Source of the DNA: an uncultured delta proteobacterium
GTDB lineage: Bacteria; Desulfobacterota; Deferrisomatia; Deferrisomatales; JACRMM01
Assembly (NCBI GenBank): GCA_963707045.1
Contig: CAVPOV010000017.1
Location: forward strand, 14,871-78,870
Reading direction: 5' to 3'
Length of the DNA: 64,000 nt
Below, one piece after another: positions 63,792 through 64,000 of the stretch. How positions within the stretch are numbered: position 1 is the first letter of the stretch; every line of letters starts with the position of its first letter. The position numbers and the translations under genes were made by a program. Below the pieces are notes generated by a model. That model saw only the letters and a list, made by a program, of their open reading frames with translations. It had not been told where the DNA came from and did no database searches.

Positions 63792-64000
63792 TCAGGGCGC
63801 GAAGAGCTCCTCCAGTTCCCCCTCGCTCAGGGCTTCGCTCCACTGCCGCTCGGAGCGGATCAGGTCCTGGGAGAGGGAGCGCTTGCGCTCCTGGAGGCGC
63901 GAGATCTTCTCCTCCACGGTCCCGCGCGTGACGAAGCGGTAGGCGAACACCTTGCGGGTCTGCCCGATCCGGTGGGCTCGGTCCAGGGCCTGCGTCTCCA
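63792..64000 (-). CDS. SNF2-family helicase, C-terminal fragment (gene continues beyond the window)
   Basis: My reverse-strand translation gives ETQALDRAHRIGQTRKVFAYRFVTRGTVEEKISRLQERKRSLSQDLIRSERQWSEALSEGELEELFAP, with the stop at 63792. QAxDRAHRIGQ is helicase motif VI of SNF2 ATPases. Confidence 0.8.
   Translation of the reverse strand, partial: ETQALDRAHRIGQTRKVFAYRFVTRGTVEEKISRLQERKRSLSQDLIRSERQWSEALSEGELEELFAP

Overview
This is a very GC-rich bacterial chromosomal segment. Gene content (sigma-54 regulators, a multihaem cytochrome, EtfAB/acyl-CoA dehydrogenase) suggests a delta-proteobacterium-like or Myxococcota-like organism. I recognised no rRNA, tRNA, CRISPR array, transposase or integrase. 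All calls come from reading the supplied translations and the DNA, with no database search.

Most of the very long Arg/Pro/Gly-rich ORFs in the track are GC artefacts lying antisense or out of frame to real genes.

Gene content:
- A + strand housekeeping block: rimP-nusA-infB-DUF503-rbfA-nrnA-truB-rpsO-pnp.
- A minus-strand run: glyQ-glyS-ppdK-multihaem cytochrome-two-component pair-dut.
- DUF4390-ntrY-ntrX next to lpxC; recO/nth; class II ribonucleotide reductase.
- A four-gene lipoprotein cluster (LPP20/LpoB-like).
- A sigma-54 activator divergent from an outer-membrane barrel gene that carries a -24/-12 promoter.
- etfBA plus acyl-CoA dehydrogenase.
- A PhnD-like binding protein with a hybrid kinase.
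- A long minus-strand run ending in an M1/M28/PDZ protease, ferritin and a DUF6485-like gene.

Main observations worth a second look:
1. Reading-frame breaks are strongly clustered. About 15 genes are broken, and pnp has about 17 frame changes. Multi-kb neighbouring stretches are completely intact. This points to locally unpolished sequence rather than true pseudogenes.
2. A translationally coupled gene pair encodes a CBS-pair/HEPN (RNxxAH) protein and a stand-alone CCA-type HD phosphohydrolase.
3. A secreted 12-Cys protein is built from two copies of a CxCGxxCxC...CxCGKDL module.
4. Two intergenic arrays of a 7-nt periodic GTGACGG-type repeat occur. One is G-quadruplex capable, upstream of the acyl-CoA dehydrogenase gene. 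The other forms an inverted array in the glyQ leader.
5. ppdK is followed 8 nt later by a 7-8 haem cytochrome and an atypical REC-DHp / kinase-pseudoreceiver pair.

Coordinates of frameshifted genes are full spans. Exact indel positions are approximate.
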